From Eledone cirrhosa (lineage: Eukaryota), in NCBI GenBank assembly GCA_964016885.1, contig OZ024742.1, positions 304,296,001-304,360,000 on the forward strand: 64,000 nt of DNA. The letters run 5' to 3'. The notes below the pieces were generated by a model, which saw nothing but the letters and a program-made list of their open reading frames with translations, had not been told where the DNA came from and searched no databases. Made by a program: the position numbers and the translations under genes. Below are positions 44,240 to 56,699 of the stretch, piece after piece. Position 1 is the stretch's first letter, and the number at the start of each line of letters is the position of its first letter.

Positions 44240-44469
44240 GTGTGTATGTGTGTCTGTGTGTGTGTGTATTGGAAGTCAATAGTTTTCCGAGAATGACCAC
44301 TTCTCAGAAAGATCAAACATCAAAGATCGAAATCGGAAATTCATAATTGCAAAGTGTATTTCGTAGTCATTCGGCAATGCATTACCCCTGTGTTCAACAA
44401 CCAGTATAACTGTTTGGCTACAGTATATTGTATGCGATGGACTTCCGTCTATTTCGAGGTTGTGTCTTT

Positions 44470-44752
44470 TAATTGTTTTATCAACGGATCACTCTGCTCA
44501 TGAAATACATGCGTATGTGGCTGAACATTCAGCAGACACGTATAACCTCAGCACGAAATTCTTTGTGATAAGGCAGGTCTTTTGAATTACAGGTACGGTA
44601 AATCTGTCTGGCTTCCTAACAGATTCCACCTCCACAGTTTTTCTCAAAACGTCTGGAGCGACTCGAGGGTCAAGTAAGTGACACCTGCTCAGAACTCCAC
44701 GCTGTGGGATGGAACCTGAGACCTAATTGTTACGTAGTGACCTCTATAACTA
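44470..44752 (-). mobile_element. Degenerate tRNA-derived SINE
   Basis: Minus strand has a B-box-like GGTTCCATCCC followed by a CORE-like GAGCAGGTGTCACTTAC. Highly diverged. Confidence 0.4.
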
Positions 44753-45169
44753 TTCATACATACTACATCTACTGTGTATATTATGAGAAGGCTAATGTGC
44801 AATAACCGGATGTCCTGAAATATACACAGTAAATGGGATGTCCACATTCCACATGATATTTCAATATTGTTCACAGATCATTCTCATATTCTCATTATGG
44901 AATATTCTCGCACGTTGTGTTTACACAACCGATATTTGACAAACATCAATTTGAAGAGTGGAGGAAATAACAAGAATATTAGCAAATAGAAAGAAAATAA
45001 TGAGAATATTAGAAAATATCAACAGCTGTAATAATGGCAATAGCATCAAGTTTATATAGAAACGAAGAAAAAGTGTATGTTCGTGTCTTTCTCAGGCGAT
45101 GTAAGAAGGTAAAATGAATTTCTACAAACAGAAATTGAATATGGGTGGGTTAAAACAGTAGAGTAATAA

Positions 45170-45225
45170 TAATGGTGATGATGATGATGATGGGGATGAT
45201 GATGATGGTGCTGGTGCTGATATTG

Positions 45226-45273
<48 letters not shown>

Positions 45274-45365
45274 CAGGTGGTGGTGGTGATGGTACTAGTG
45301 GTGAGGATGATGGGGATGATGACGATGATGATGACGTAAACAACAGCAACAACAACAACAGTGAT
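45170..45365. repeat. (GAT)n/(CAA)n microsatellite
   Basis: Directly visible. Confidence 0.9.
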
Positions 45366-45676
45366 ATGAGCATAGAGATAAAGTTGAAATTGGAATATGA
45401 ATAATATACACGGTATATTTAATATCTATTCAGTCTGACTAGATAATTACAAACACTGGATAAACCACAAAAAATTCGGGCTCTAGACGGTAAGATCAAT
45501 CTGACAAGATTCCTCTTCCAGATAGCGCGTACAACACTTTTGTTGCATACACACGCAGAAGCACACACACACACACACACACACACACGCGCGCATATAT
45601 ATATATGTAAAAGGTAAACAGAAATAACAACACAATCAATACAGTATATGGAAGGGGAGAGTGTGTGTGTATATAT

Positions 45677-47042
45677 ATAGTGAAAGAGTGAAGAATAACA
45701 TGGTCAACGGTACAAAAAGGGTTATATTTACAGTATTAACAATTGTTTCATTGATTAGGTTGTCCACAGACATTCTATGAAGAACCGTAGACTAATGAAC
45801 ACAACAACGCTGGCCAATAAAATCTGGCAGCTTAAGAATACAAAGCATGAATACAGGATTAGCTGGTCGAAATTATCGGAAGCAAAGGCCTAAAGAAATG
45901 GAATATCCCACTGCGGACTTTGCAATGTGGAGTTGTTCCATATTTTAAAGTATGACAAAATGCTGCTTAACAGTAAAATAGAACGGTCAATTTTCTGTAG
46001 GCACAAAGCAGCTACTAAATTCGCAAATTTCAAACCAACATGATTCGATCAAACAATCCCATAATTCAAGCTGAACCACTTAGAGTCTATTATAATAACA
46101 CACTATTATTAACTGTCAATAGACCAACTAACTAATCACTAAATGACCATCATATCTCCTAACCTCTCTTTCTTTCACTCTCTATCCCTAAAACTATTTC
46201 ACCTCTTCCATTATATCCTATCATCTTCTCTTCACCTCTCACCTAACTTCTAATTTATTAATTTATCTTCTTTATATTATTTTTATTATTTTTATCTATA
46301 TATTCTTTATTCTTTATTCCTACTATAACCCTCTGTGATTTAACCAATACATATGTATATATTTAATATTTTCATATTAATAGTATTTATACCCTCATCA
46401 CATCTTTATACTATAACTATTTTCAACAATCATATTGTTCATTTTTTTCACATATATAATTTTTTTAACTTATTTTTTATCATTTTCATTCTAACTTATA
46501 CTTACATCTCACTATAACTTTAACCACCACCACTATTTCAACAATTAATTTTTTTCAAATATATATATTTTTACTTATTTTTTATCATCTTCATTCGAAC
46601 TAATTTATTATTATTTATTATTGTTTCGCTCTTTCTTTTTCTTTTTATTTATCTTTCTCTCTTCTTTCTTTTTTTCTTTTTTCTTTTTCTTTCTTCATTA
46701 TTGATGTTGTTATTTGAATTCTCGTATATTACAAAACCCGTGTGTAATTTTTGTCGGTTATTCCGATGATTTGATTAGGCATACATTGTATTTAAGATTG
46801 AGCCACACAACTTCAATTGATTAGCAATCTTTAGACACCCTAACCAATGAAACAATTGTTAATACTGTAAATAAAACCCTTTGAAATGTTGACCGTGTTA
46901 TTCTTCACTCTTTCACTATTATTACTCCAAGGATAACCTGCATAGGAATTCCCGGGAACTCTCCACCTACGTTAAAACTATCCACAATGCAGAGTACTCA
47001 CAACCTCTAATTGGATTACCTATAACAAGAATTTGTTATCCC

Positions 47043-47044
<2 letters not shown>
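45677..47044 (+). mobile_element. 5'-truncated PLE (EN C-terminus plus 3' UTR/pLTR) with inverted 5' end
   Basis: TTTLANKIWQLK...CGLCNVELFHILK..LLNSKIERSIFCRHK at ~45800-46040. 45677-45764 is the reverse complement of 46834-46919. Hammerhead-like motif at 46755-46867. Confidence 0.85.
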
Positions 47045-47116
<72 letters not shown>

Positions 47117-48563
47117 GATAACAAAATAATCTTTTTATATATATATATCCTAACTCGTCTGCTCCCTCTCCACATTTTATATATATATATATATAATAAT
47201 AAAATGTGGAGAGGGAGCAGACGAGTTAGGATATATATATATAAAAAGATTATTTTGTTATCCCATATATATAGAGAAAAAGACGATTATTAGGAAGAAA
47301 CATTTTTTTTTCCTTTTTATTTTTTCCCTCTTTTTTCTTGGTTAGGAAATGATTAAAACGAAATATTTTACTTTGTGTGAAGTGTTAAGGTATTAGTTGA
47401 TTTATTTATTAATTAACAATGACATTTATTTATTTATTTATATATTTAATAATTGTCAATTACCGGTTTCAGCATTGTTATGCATTATCAAATGATAATA
47501 ATATGTATTGGTGTAAAATGGTGGTGTTGAACATGTTAAGGAAATGGTACAGAAAGAATAATGTTATTTACAAACAAGGTTTATGAAGTGAAAAGAAAAA
47601 AGAGAAAAGGGGGTCAATGAGGAATATAATAAGACAATGTGAAAGAAAAAATGATATTATTTACAGGCATAGTTCTTGAAGATAAGCAGATCAAAATGTG
47701 TTAATATAGCAAGAGTGCTTAGTTGATCCATGATGGAGGTAAATAGTAGTCTGGGGTTTGATATGAATTCCCTTTTTAGAGAGTTAATATATAGGGGGAG
47801 GTAATTCACGGTGGCAGATAAATGATAGATGGTATTTAATTTATTTAAGAAAAAGGATTAGGTAGGGTATATGGAGGTAACTCTTTAGAGGGACATATAT
47901 ATTTGTATTTGGTTCATTGTTCGTTCCAGTTTTAGTTTAGTCCGAAGTTTAGTGCATTAAGTAGAGGTTGGAATTTGTTAATGAAATACGTTTCCTTATT
48001 GGTACGATGGATGAAAGTAGCTTTTTCTATGAATTTGTAAATGGGGAAAATTTTAAAATGTGGATGTTGGTTGGGTGCATCATAGGCGATATGTTCACTA
48101 AATGCAATCTTTCTGTATTCCTGTATTTTGATTTGTGATCTATGGACGGTCATACGTTGTCGGAGGCTGTTTTCTGTCTGTCCTATGTCGTGCTCTTGAC
48201 AACCTGAGCAGGTCAAATCATAGATTAGGTTTTCAGATGCACATGTAAAGTTGTGTTTAACTGTGAAATGTCCTTGTTTAAAATTATTAAATATATAAAT
48301 AAATAAATGCAATTGTTAATTAATAAATAAATCAACTAATACCTTAACACTTCACACAAAGTAAAATATTTCGTTTTAATCATTTTCTAACCCAGAAAAA
48401 CGAGGGAAAAATAAAAAGGAAAAAAATATATTTTTCTTTCTAATAATCCTCTTTTTCTCCCTGTTTTCATATATATATATATATATATATAAATATATCC
48501 TAACTCGTGTGCTTCCTCTCCACATTTTATTATTATTATTCACTCCCACACGAGGTACAGAAA

Positions 48564-49938
48564 ATGTCTACTAACACAAAAACAGACTCCACTCTCATTA
48601 GCATCAATCAAGAGATACTCTAAGAACTACAAAAAATAAACTCTAATTTATCAATACTCACCAACAAACTTAATTCTACAAGTGAAGAAACAGTCCCCAA
48701 ATACACATCCTATGAAATCAACGACAATATCAACAACTTATGCGAAACAAATAAAACAGACCTGAATAACAACACAAATCCTATTCAAGCGAACGAAAAA
48801 ACACATGACACTAATACACTTACAACTTACCAAATAAAAAACTAATGGTACACATCTCTTAAAAAGAGGAAATTCTCCTTTTGGAAGATGATACAAAACA
48901 ATAATAAAGCGGAGATCTATGAAAAATGGATTAACTCATCCCCATTAATAATCCCCCGCAAACTACAAATTAAATCCATCCCAAACGAACCCGAGACACA
49001 AAGGCGCCTCAGGGAAAGAATGGCACTTGATAACATAAAAACCGAAATTGAACTCCTTAAATTGAGAGCCCAAACAAATGAAGATAGGATCAAATCAATC
49101 GACGATGAGATTAATCAAGCAATTATCAATAAAACCAAAGACACCACCGTAGAAAGTATGGTTAGAGGACTGTAATAAGGAAGATTTAAAATCCCTTCAA
49201 CGTTGGGATGTCAACGAAATCTGGTTCTTTAAATATGAAACCCTTTTCCAAAAAGAACACACATCCAAGAACCGCTTCATTAAAATCATAATAACAAGAA
49301 AAGTCAATCACCACCCAAAGACCGCACAACAACAAACATCAATAAAAAAAACAATACCTCCCCACATACCAAAAAAAGCAGGCATCACCTCGCCCCTACC
49401 TCCTACACCCACCACACATGCCACATAGAGCCTAACAACGACACACCAACTATAAGGAAACCCTCATCTACCCTCCTCCACTAACCACATCCTATTACAA
49501 CAACACCAGCAGGGGCAATACAACCACACGAGACACCCTAACCACTACAACCACCATAACTACACACCATATAACAGCAACAGTAGGACTCAATATAACC
49601 ACACAAGACAACCCTATTACAACTACCACCAAGTCTACACACCCTACAGCAAGAGCAGTGCTCAACACAACCATACGATACAACCCAACTTCAACAACCA
49701 CCACGACTTCATACCCTATAACCACGTCCATCAAATCTACACACCATACAGCAACATCAGCAGGGCTCAATACAACCACACGATGCAACCAAACTTCAAC
49801 AACCACCATAGCTACACACCATCTAACAACAACAGCAGGGGCCAATACAACCATAAGAGACATCCAAACTTCAACAGCGACCACAACTTCCGTAATCATT
49901 TTTTAGACACAGCACACAGACACAGCGTACCAAGATAA
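48564..49938 (+). pseudogene. Upstream ORF1 of the PLE: coiled-coil region plus N/H/Y/Q/P-rich tandem repeats (disrupted)
   Basis: ATG at 48564. A coiled-coil-like segment RRLRERMALDNIKTEIELLKLRAQTNEDRIKSIDDEINQ. Frame open 49456-49938 with a ~23-aa repeat QYNHTRQPxxNxHxxYTPYSxNSR, ending NHFLDTAHRHSVPR*. Confidence 0.6.
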
Positions 49939-52042
49939 CACAAAACACACAGGAGACACAAAATGTAATAAAAATTGTTAATTTAAACTCTAAAGAATTA
50001 ACAACAGACCAAATCAACATGCTCTCCAAAGGTCTAAAATTTACACCAACTCCCCAACGACCAAACTATCCCGAAATGAATGATGATATTAAAGAATTCT
50101 GTAGAAAACTAAGACTCAGCGAGCAACTATACGAGAAATACAATGAGGATGACTCAATAGCCAGAAATAGAAGCAACTACACTCAACCAAAATGCAAGAA
50201 CAAATTCCTCGATCAATTCTGCGAACACATTATTAATTACCCATACCATCACCTACACAGACATAAACAAAAACCAAACCTAATCAAAAAAGAATGGAAT
50301 GGTCTTAACAGTCTCAAAAACGACAAAACCCTAACAATCAAAGAGGCAAATAAAAGGAGTGCAGTAATCCTTATGAGGACAGATTACTACACGATTCTAG
50401 CACTCTCAACTCTAGAAAACCAAACATATTATGAAAAGGCCCAACACTACACACAACAGAAAATAATGAGAAACCTAAAATCCCTAACAATCCTTTACAA
50501 AGAAGGTCTTACAGACAAGGAATACAACTACATCACCAATTTCAAAAGTAGAACCAGCCTCTTCTACGGTATCCCAAAGACACACAAAAGTGAAGTAATA
50601 GGTAGGGCCTGCATACAAGCCACATACATTTACATCAATATACCCCCTCCTGATGACCTTAAATTAAGACCCATAATAGCAGGTACCACATGTGAAACCC
50701 ACCACCTAAGCAATATCCTAGATATTCTGCTTAAACCTTTCCTAAAACACATAAAAAGGTTCATAAGAGACGGCCTTGACATGCTCAACCACCTCCCAAC
50801 AACACTCAATAATGAACATACCCTACTAGTAACATTTGATGCCATCAATTTATATTCCAATATCCCACAGAACCTAGGTATAGAGGCAATACAATTCTGG
50901 CTTGAAAATTTCCCCAGTGAGCTCCCACAGCGCATCCCTATAGAATGTGTGTTGGAGGGACTCAAATTCATCTTGGAAAACAATTTCTTCGAATTCGAAG
51001 CCAAACACTAGACAGAAATCTGGGACTGCCATGGGCACGAAAGTAGCCCCCTCATACGCCAGCCTTGTCATGGGATATTTGGAAACCACACTCTACCGCA
51101 AAGTTCTAGACAAATACCGTAACCACTTCTACCAACACATAGAAAAGAACTGGTAGAGATATCTGGACGACTGCTTCATCCTCTGGCATGAAAGTATAGA
51201 TAGACTGATTGAGTTTAAAACACTTCTAAATGGACTCAACAGTAACTTACAATTCACAATGGATTACAGCCATGAACAACTCCCTTTCCTCGACATCCTC
51301 ATCAAGAAAACAAACAACAAAATAGAAACAGACATATACTACAAACCCACAGACTCTAAACAATACCTTCCATTCAACTCGTGCCACCCTCAACATACCA
51401 AAATGGCAATTCCCTATAACCAAGCCAGAAGGATCTGCACAATAGTTTCAGATAAATACACATGCTACACACGACTAGAAGAATTAAAAAACACATTTAT
51501 CAGCTGAAACTACCCACCATCCCCAATCAACAATGGATTCCAACGTGCCCTAAAACTCGACATCCAGGAACTCAAACACCCCAAACCCAGGAATGAACCG
51601 CAACAGAACACACTATCATACATCTCCACTAATAACCCCCTCAACAATGAGGCATTCGACACCATCCTCCAGAACATTCATTTACTAAAAAGAGACCCAA
51701 GAATGAACACAATCCTCCAAACACACAACATCATAAACAACAAAAGACAACCTAAATCCATAAAAAAAATCTTCAAATAAGCCAAAATCCAACCAACGCT
51801 CACAATGAACCCTACAGTAACAAAATGCGGAAGGCCCAACTGTGGCATATGCATAAATCTAATAGAAGGTTCAACATTCCATTTTAAACAAGGACAACAT
51901 TTCACAGTTAAACACTTTACATGTGCATCTGAAAACCTAATCTATGTTTTGACCTGCTCAGGTTGTCAAGAGCACTACGTAGGACAGACAAAAAACAGCC
52001 TCCGACAACGTATGACCGTCCATAGATCACAAATCAAAATAC
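49899..52042 (+). pseudogene. PLE reverse transcriptase-GIY-YIG ORF (stops and frameshifts)
   Basis: IVNLNSKELT..LSKGLKFTPTP, FYGIPKTHK, LRPIIAG, TFDAINLYSNIP, GTAMGTKVAPSYASL, RYLDDCF, LPFLDILI, YYKPTDSKQYL and NLIYVLTCSGC..YVGQT. Confidence 0.93.
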
Positions 52043-52706
52043 TTTGGTTTTATATACTTCAAAATACTTTGGTTTTATTGATAATTGCTTGATTAATCTC
52101 ATCGTCGATTGATTTGATCCTATCTTCATTTGTTTGGGCTCTCAATTTAAGGAGTTCAATTTCGGTTTTTATGTTATCAAGTGCCATTCTTTCCCTGAGG
52201 CGCCTTTGTGTCTCGAGTTCGTTTGGGATGGATTTAATTTGTAGTTTGCGGGGGATTATTAATGGGGATGAGTTAATCCATTTTTCATAGATCTCCGCTT
52301 TGTTATTGTTTTGTATCATCTTCCAAAAGGAGAATTTCCTCTTTTTAAGAGATGTGTACCATTAGTTTTTTATTTGGTAAGTTGTAAGTGTATTAGTGTC
52401 ATGTGTTTTTTCGTTCGCTTGAATAGGATTTGTGTTCTTATTCAGGCGTGTTTTATTTGTTTCACATAAGTTGTTGATATTGTCGTTGATTTCATAGGAT
52501 GTGTATTTGGGGACTGTTTCTTCACTTGTAGAATTAAGTTTGTTGGTGAGTATGGATAAATTAGAGTTTATTTTTTGTAGTTCTTAGAGTATCTCTTGAT
52601 TGATGCTAATGAGAGTGGAGTCTGTTTTTGTGTTAGTAGACATTTTCTGTATCTCGTGTGGGAGTGAATAATAATGATAAAATATGGAGAGGGAGCACAC
52701 GAGTTA

Positions 52707-52770
<64 letters not shown>

Positions 52771-53954
52771 ACAGGGAGAAAAAGAGGATTATTAGAAAGA
52801 AAAATATTTTTTTTTCCTTTTTATTTTTCCCTCTTTTTTCTGGGTTAGAAAATGATTAAAACGAAATATTTTACTTTGTGTGAAGTGTTAAGGTATTAGT
52901 TGATTTACTTATTAATTAACAATTGCATTTATTTATTTATATATTTAATAATTTTAAACAAGGACATTTCACAGTTAAACACAACTTTACATGTGCATCT
53001 GAAAACCTAATCTATGATTTGACCTGCTCAGGTTGTCAAGAGCACGACATAGGACAGACAGAAAACAGCCTCCGACAACGTATGACCGTCTATAGATCAC
53101 AAATCAAAATACAGGAATACAGAAAGATTGCATTTAGTGAACATATCGCCTATGGTGCACCCAACCAACATCCAAATTTTAAAATTTTCCCCATTTACAA
53201 ATTCATAGACAAAGCTACTTTTATCCATCGTACCAATAGGGAAACGTATTTCATTAACAAATTCCAACCTCTACTTAATGCACTAAACTTCGGACTAAAC
53301 TAAAACTGGAACGAACAATGAACCAAATACAAATACCTATGTCTCTCTAAAGAGTTACCTCCCTATACCCTACCTAATCCTTTTTCTTAAATAAATACCA
53401 TCTATCATTTCTTTGCCACCGTGAATTACCTCCCCTTATATATTAAATCTCTAAAAAGGGAATTCATATCAAACCCCAGACTACTATTTACCTCCATCAT
53501 GGATCAACTAAGCACTCTTGCTATATTAACACATTTTGATCTGCTTATCTTCAAGAACTATGCCTGTAAATAATATCATTTTTCTTTCACATTGTCTTAT
53601 TATATTCCTCATTGACCCCCTTTTCTCTTTTTTCTTTTCACTTCATAAACCTTGTTTGTAAATAACATTATTCTTTCTGTACCATTTCCTTAACATGTTC
53701 AACACCACCATTTTACACAATACATATTATCATTTGATAATGTATAAAATGCTGAAACCGGTAATAGACAATTATTAAATATATAAATAAATAAATAAAT
53801 GCCATTGTTAATTAATAAATAAATCAACATATACCTTTACACTTCACACAAAGTAAAATATTACGTTTTAATCATTTTATAATCCAGAAAAAAGTGTGAA
53901 AAAATAAAAAGGAAAACAAAATTTTTTCTTCCCAATAATCGTCTTTTTCTCCGT

Positions 53955-54030
<76 letters not shown>

Positions 54031-54034
<4 letters not shown>

Positions 54035-54397
54035 TGTTATACTTTGGGAGGGTCATGCTGCCAATGAAAACACACTGACCTGTTGGTTTTCTCTTATCTT
54101 GCGTCTTTCCTTTGTCCTGCCCTACACCATCTTGTTTTTGTGTGTTGTGTGTTTGCTTTGTATGGGCATGCCCATGCGGTATATCCGGATATGTGTGTAT
54201 CTTTTTTTATTTATTTATTTAAAAAAAACAGTCACTGAGGAGGTCAAAGAATGTGTGACGAAAGAGCTTTGACAATATACCAACAACCATCCGGTTATCG
54301 AATCAATCAGCCAAACAGAAATGTATATATTGAAGTGAAAACGCACAGGTACGTGTGTTTTTATTGGTAGCATGATCCTCCCAAAGTATATTAATAT
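54031..54397. repeat. Fold-back cassette with internal minimal hammerhead (54231-54273, plus strand)
   Basis: Arms 54031-54090 vs 54337-54397. GTCA-CTGAGGA-G-[GTCA aagaatgtg TGAC]-GAAA-gagc-TT-TGAC. Confidence 0.75.
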
Positions 54398-54506
54398 CCT
54401 TTTCTTTTTTTCCCTATCTCATATATCCATCTTATTTTATTTTTTATATGTTGATTTAACACTTCACTGCTCGCATGTGTTTTTTAAGCTTCATATCATG
54501 TCTCCC

Positions 54507-54577
54507 TATTTTATCTGATGAGAACGCAAATATCATCCCATCATGATATTTGTTTTTGAAATGCGCATAATAAAATA
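54507..54577 (+). ncRNA. Canonical type I hammerhead ribozyme
   Basis: TATTTTAT-CTGATGA-[GAAcGCAAATATCAT cccatc ATGATATTTGTtTTT]-GAAA-T gcgc A-TA-ATAAAATA. Perfect 8-bp stem I, palindromic ATGCGCAT, predicted cleavage after 54569. Confidence 0.88.
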
Positions 54578-54628
54578 CATGGAATTCTTTTAACCATCTT
54601 TTGATTTTATATTATATATATATATATT

Positions 54629-54805
54629 ATTTATATAAAATTACAACAGTGACATAATCAGGTACTCAAGTTTCGTTGGGTTCTGTGCCCAATCTTTCAG
54701 CATTTTATGAGAACAATAAAAAAACAAAGATGACCGCCTATGGTTGATCAACAAGAACCCAACGAAACTTGAGTCCCTATTTACGTCAATGTTGTAATTA
54801 TTTAA
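54629..54805. repeat. Fold-back cassette with hammerhead 3' half
   Basis: ~55-bp inverted arms. The right arm has CCCAAC-GAAA-CTTGAG-TC (GUC triplet), related to the motif at 14187-14235. Confidence 0.65.
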
Positions 54806-54909
54806 ACGAAACTCGTCCTATAGACTGAGTGCTCTTACACTTGGATATTTCCACTTAACTTTTATTTCAGTCTCTCTCTCTATATATATATATAGTTTTA
54901 ATATAGATG

Positions 54910-54960
54910 AGATTCTACAGGACTAGAACTGTTTCATTCTTTAGAAATCATCAGGAATCT
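54910..54960 (-). ncRNA. Type I hammerhead ribozyme (family A, best copy)
   Basis: Minus strand AGATTC-CTGATGA-t TTC taaa GAA t-GAAA-CAG ttctagtc CTG-TA-GAATCT. 6-bp stem I, 4-bp stem III, GUA triplet. Confidence 0.78.
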
Positions 54961-55414
54961 GGCTATCCAAAAATAAATGTGGTATTTATAGGTCTTTTCA
55001 GGTGGTAGGAGAGGGGGGGGGGGTGACGGGTAGAGATCATCGGTTGATAGAAAAGGGAATTCATTAAAGGCTAATTCTTTAAAGCTATAATTTATATTTA
55101 GAGTGACAAAGTCAGAAACAATTCTATAAACAAGTTCAGAATGGGGTGCCACTGCTTATTTTCAAGTTTCTCTTAAGCTAACAATGCCTATATTTCAGGT
55201 GTCTATAAGGTGGTTGTGGGTCGGTCATGGTTGATGGATTTAAAGAAAAGGGAAATTCTTTAAAAGCTAATTCTTTAAAGTTCTACTTAGGGTGACAAAG
55301 GCCAAGAGAATTCTATAGACCAGTTCAAAATATCGGGTGTCTATCATAACACTATCTTCAAATTTCACTTAAGCTATATTCCAGGTCTCAACAAACACAT
55401 TCACGAACACATAC

Positions 55415-56215
<801 letters not shown>

Positions 56216-56224
56216 AGAAACATC

Positions 56225-56410
56225 TCGACATCTTGCTATCCAGGATGAGCCCACAGCAAGGCACGAGGCAAACCTAAGGGCAGCAGCAACAAACTCCCTC
56301 TTACACCAGTGGCCAACCTATACAGGCTGGAGGTAAAATGTGTAGCAAAAAGGGCGGTGCCTCAGCATGGCCGCAGCCGGATGGCTGAGACAGGTAAAAG
56401 AGTAAAAAAA
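56225..56410 (+). mobile_element. Probable LINE/SINE 3' tail
   Basis: Ends GGCGGTGCCTCAGCATGGCCGCAGCCGGATGGCTGAGACAGGTAAAAGAGTAAAA, a stem-loop followed by an A-rich repeat as in non-LTR retroposon tails. Confidence 0.45.
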
Positions 56411-56665
56411 AAAGATAATATATATATATATTAGTAAAAGGAAAAAAAATGCTGGCAAATTTTTCCCAATGAAAAATAGTTTATTAGGAATAAGTAAAAA
56501 TTAGTAATAAGTATTGGTTTGTATTCAGTTTTAGTTTTAAGTTTTTACCGGTTGCGCGTTGCTAATGCTTTTCAAAAATAATTTTTAGATAGAACGCCCG
56601 TGATGTTTGCTCTAATCTCTCTCTATATATATACACACATATATATATATATATACACATATACA

Positions 56666-56696
<31 letters not shown>

Positions 56697-56699
56697 TTA

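Larger units (their letters stand above)
47198..53960 (+). mobile_element. Neptune-like PLE within a ~1.9-kb inverted duplication
   Basis: About 47272-49140 is the reverse complement of about 52067-53955, with duplicated ORFs 47932/52923 and 48888/52059. The centre holds RT and a GIY-YIG domain preceded by a CGRPNCGIC linker. Confidence 0.9.

Noticed and set aside
49658-49906. Thr-rich mucin-like ORF and its antisense Val-rich ORF
   Set aside because: These are alternative frames of the tandem repeats inside the PLE ORF1 region.
51000-51800. In-frame stops in the PLE RT as selenocysteine or readthrough recoding
   Set aside because: The stops are a mix of TAG, TGA and TAA alongside frameshifts, consistent with decay. 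No SECIS was recognised.
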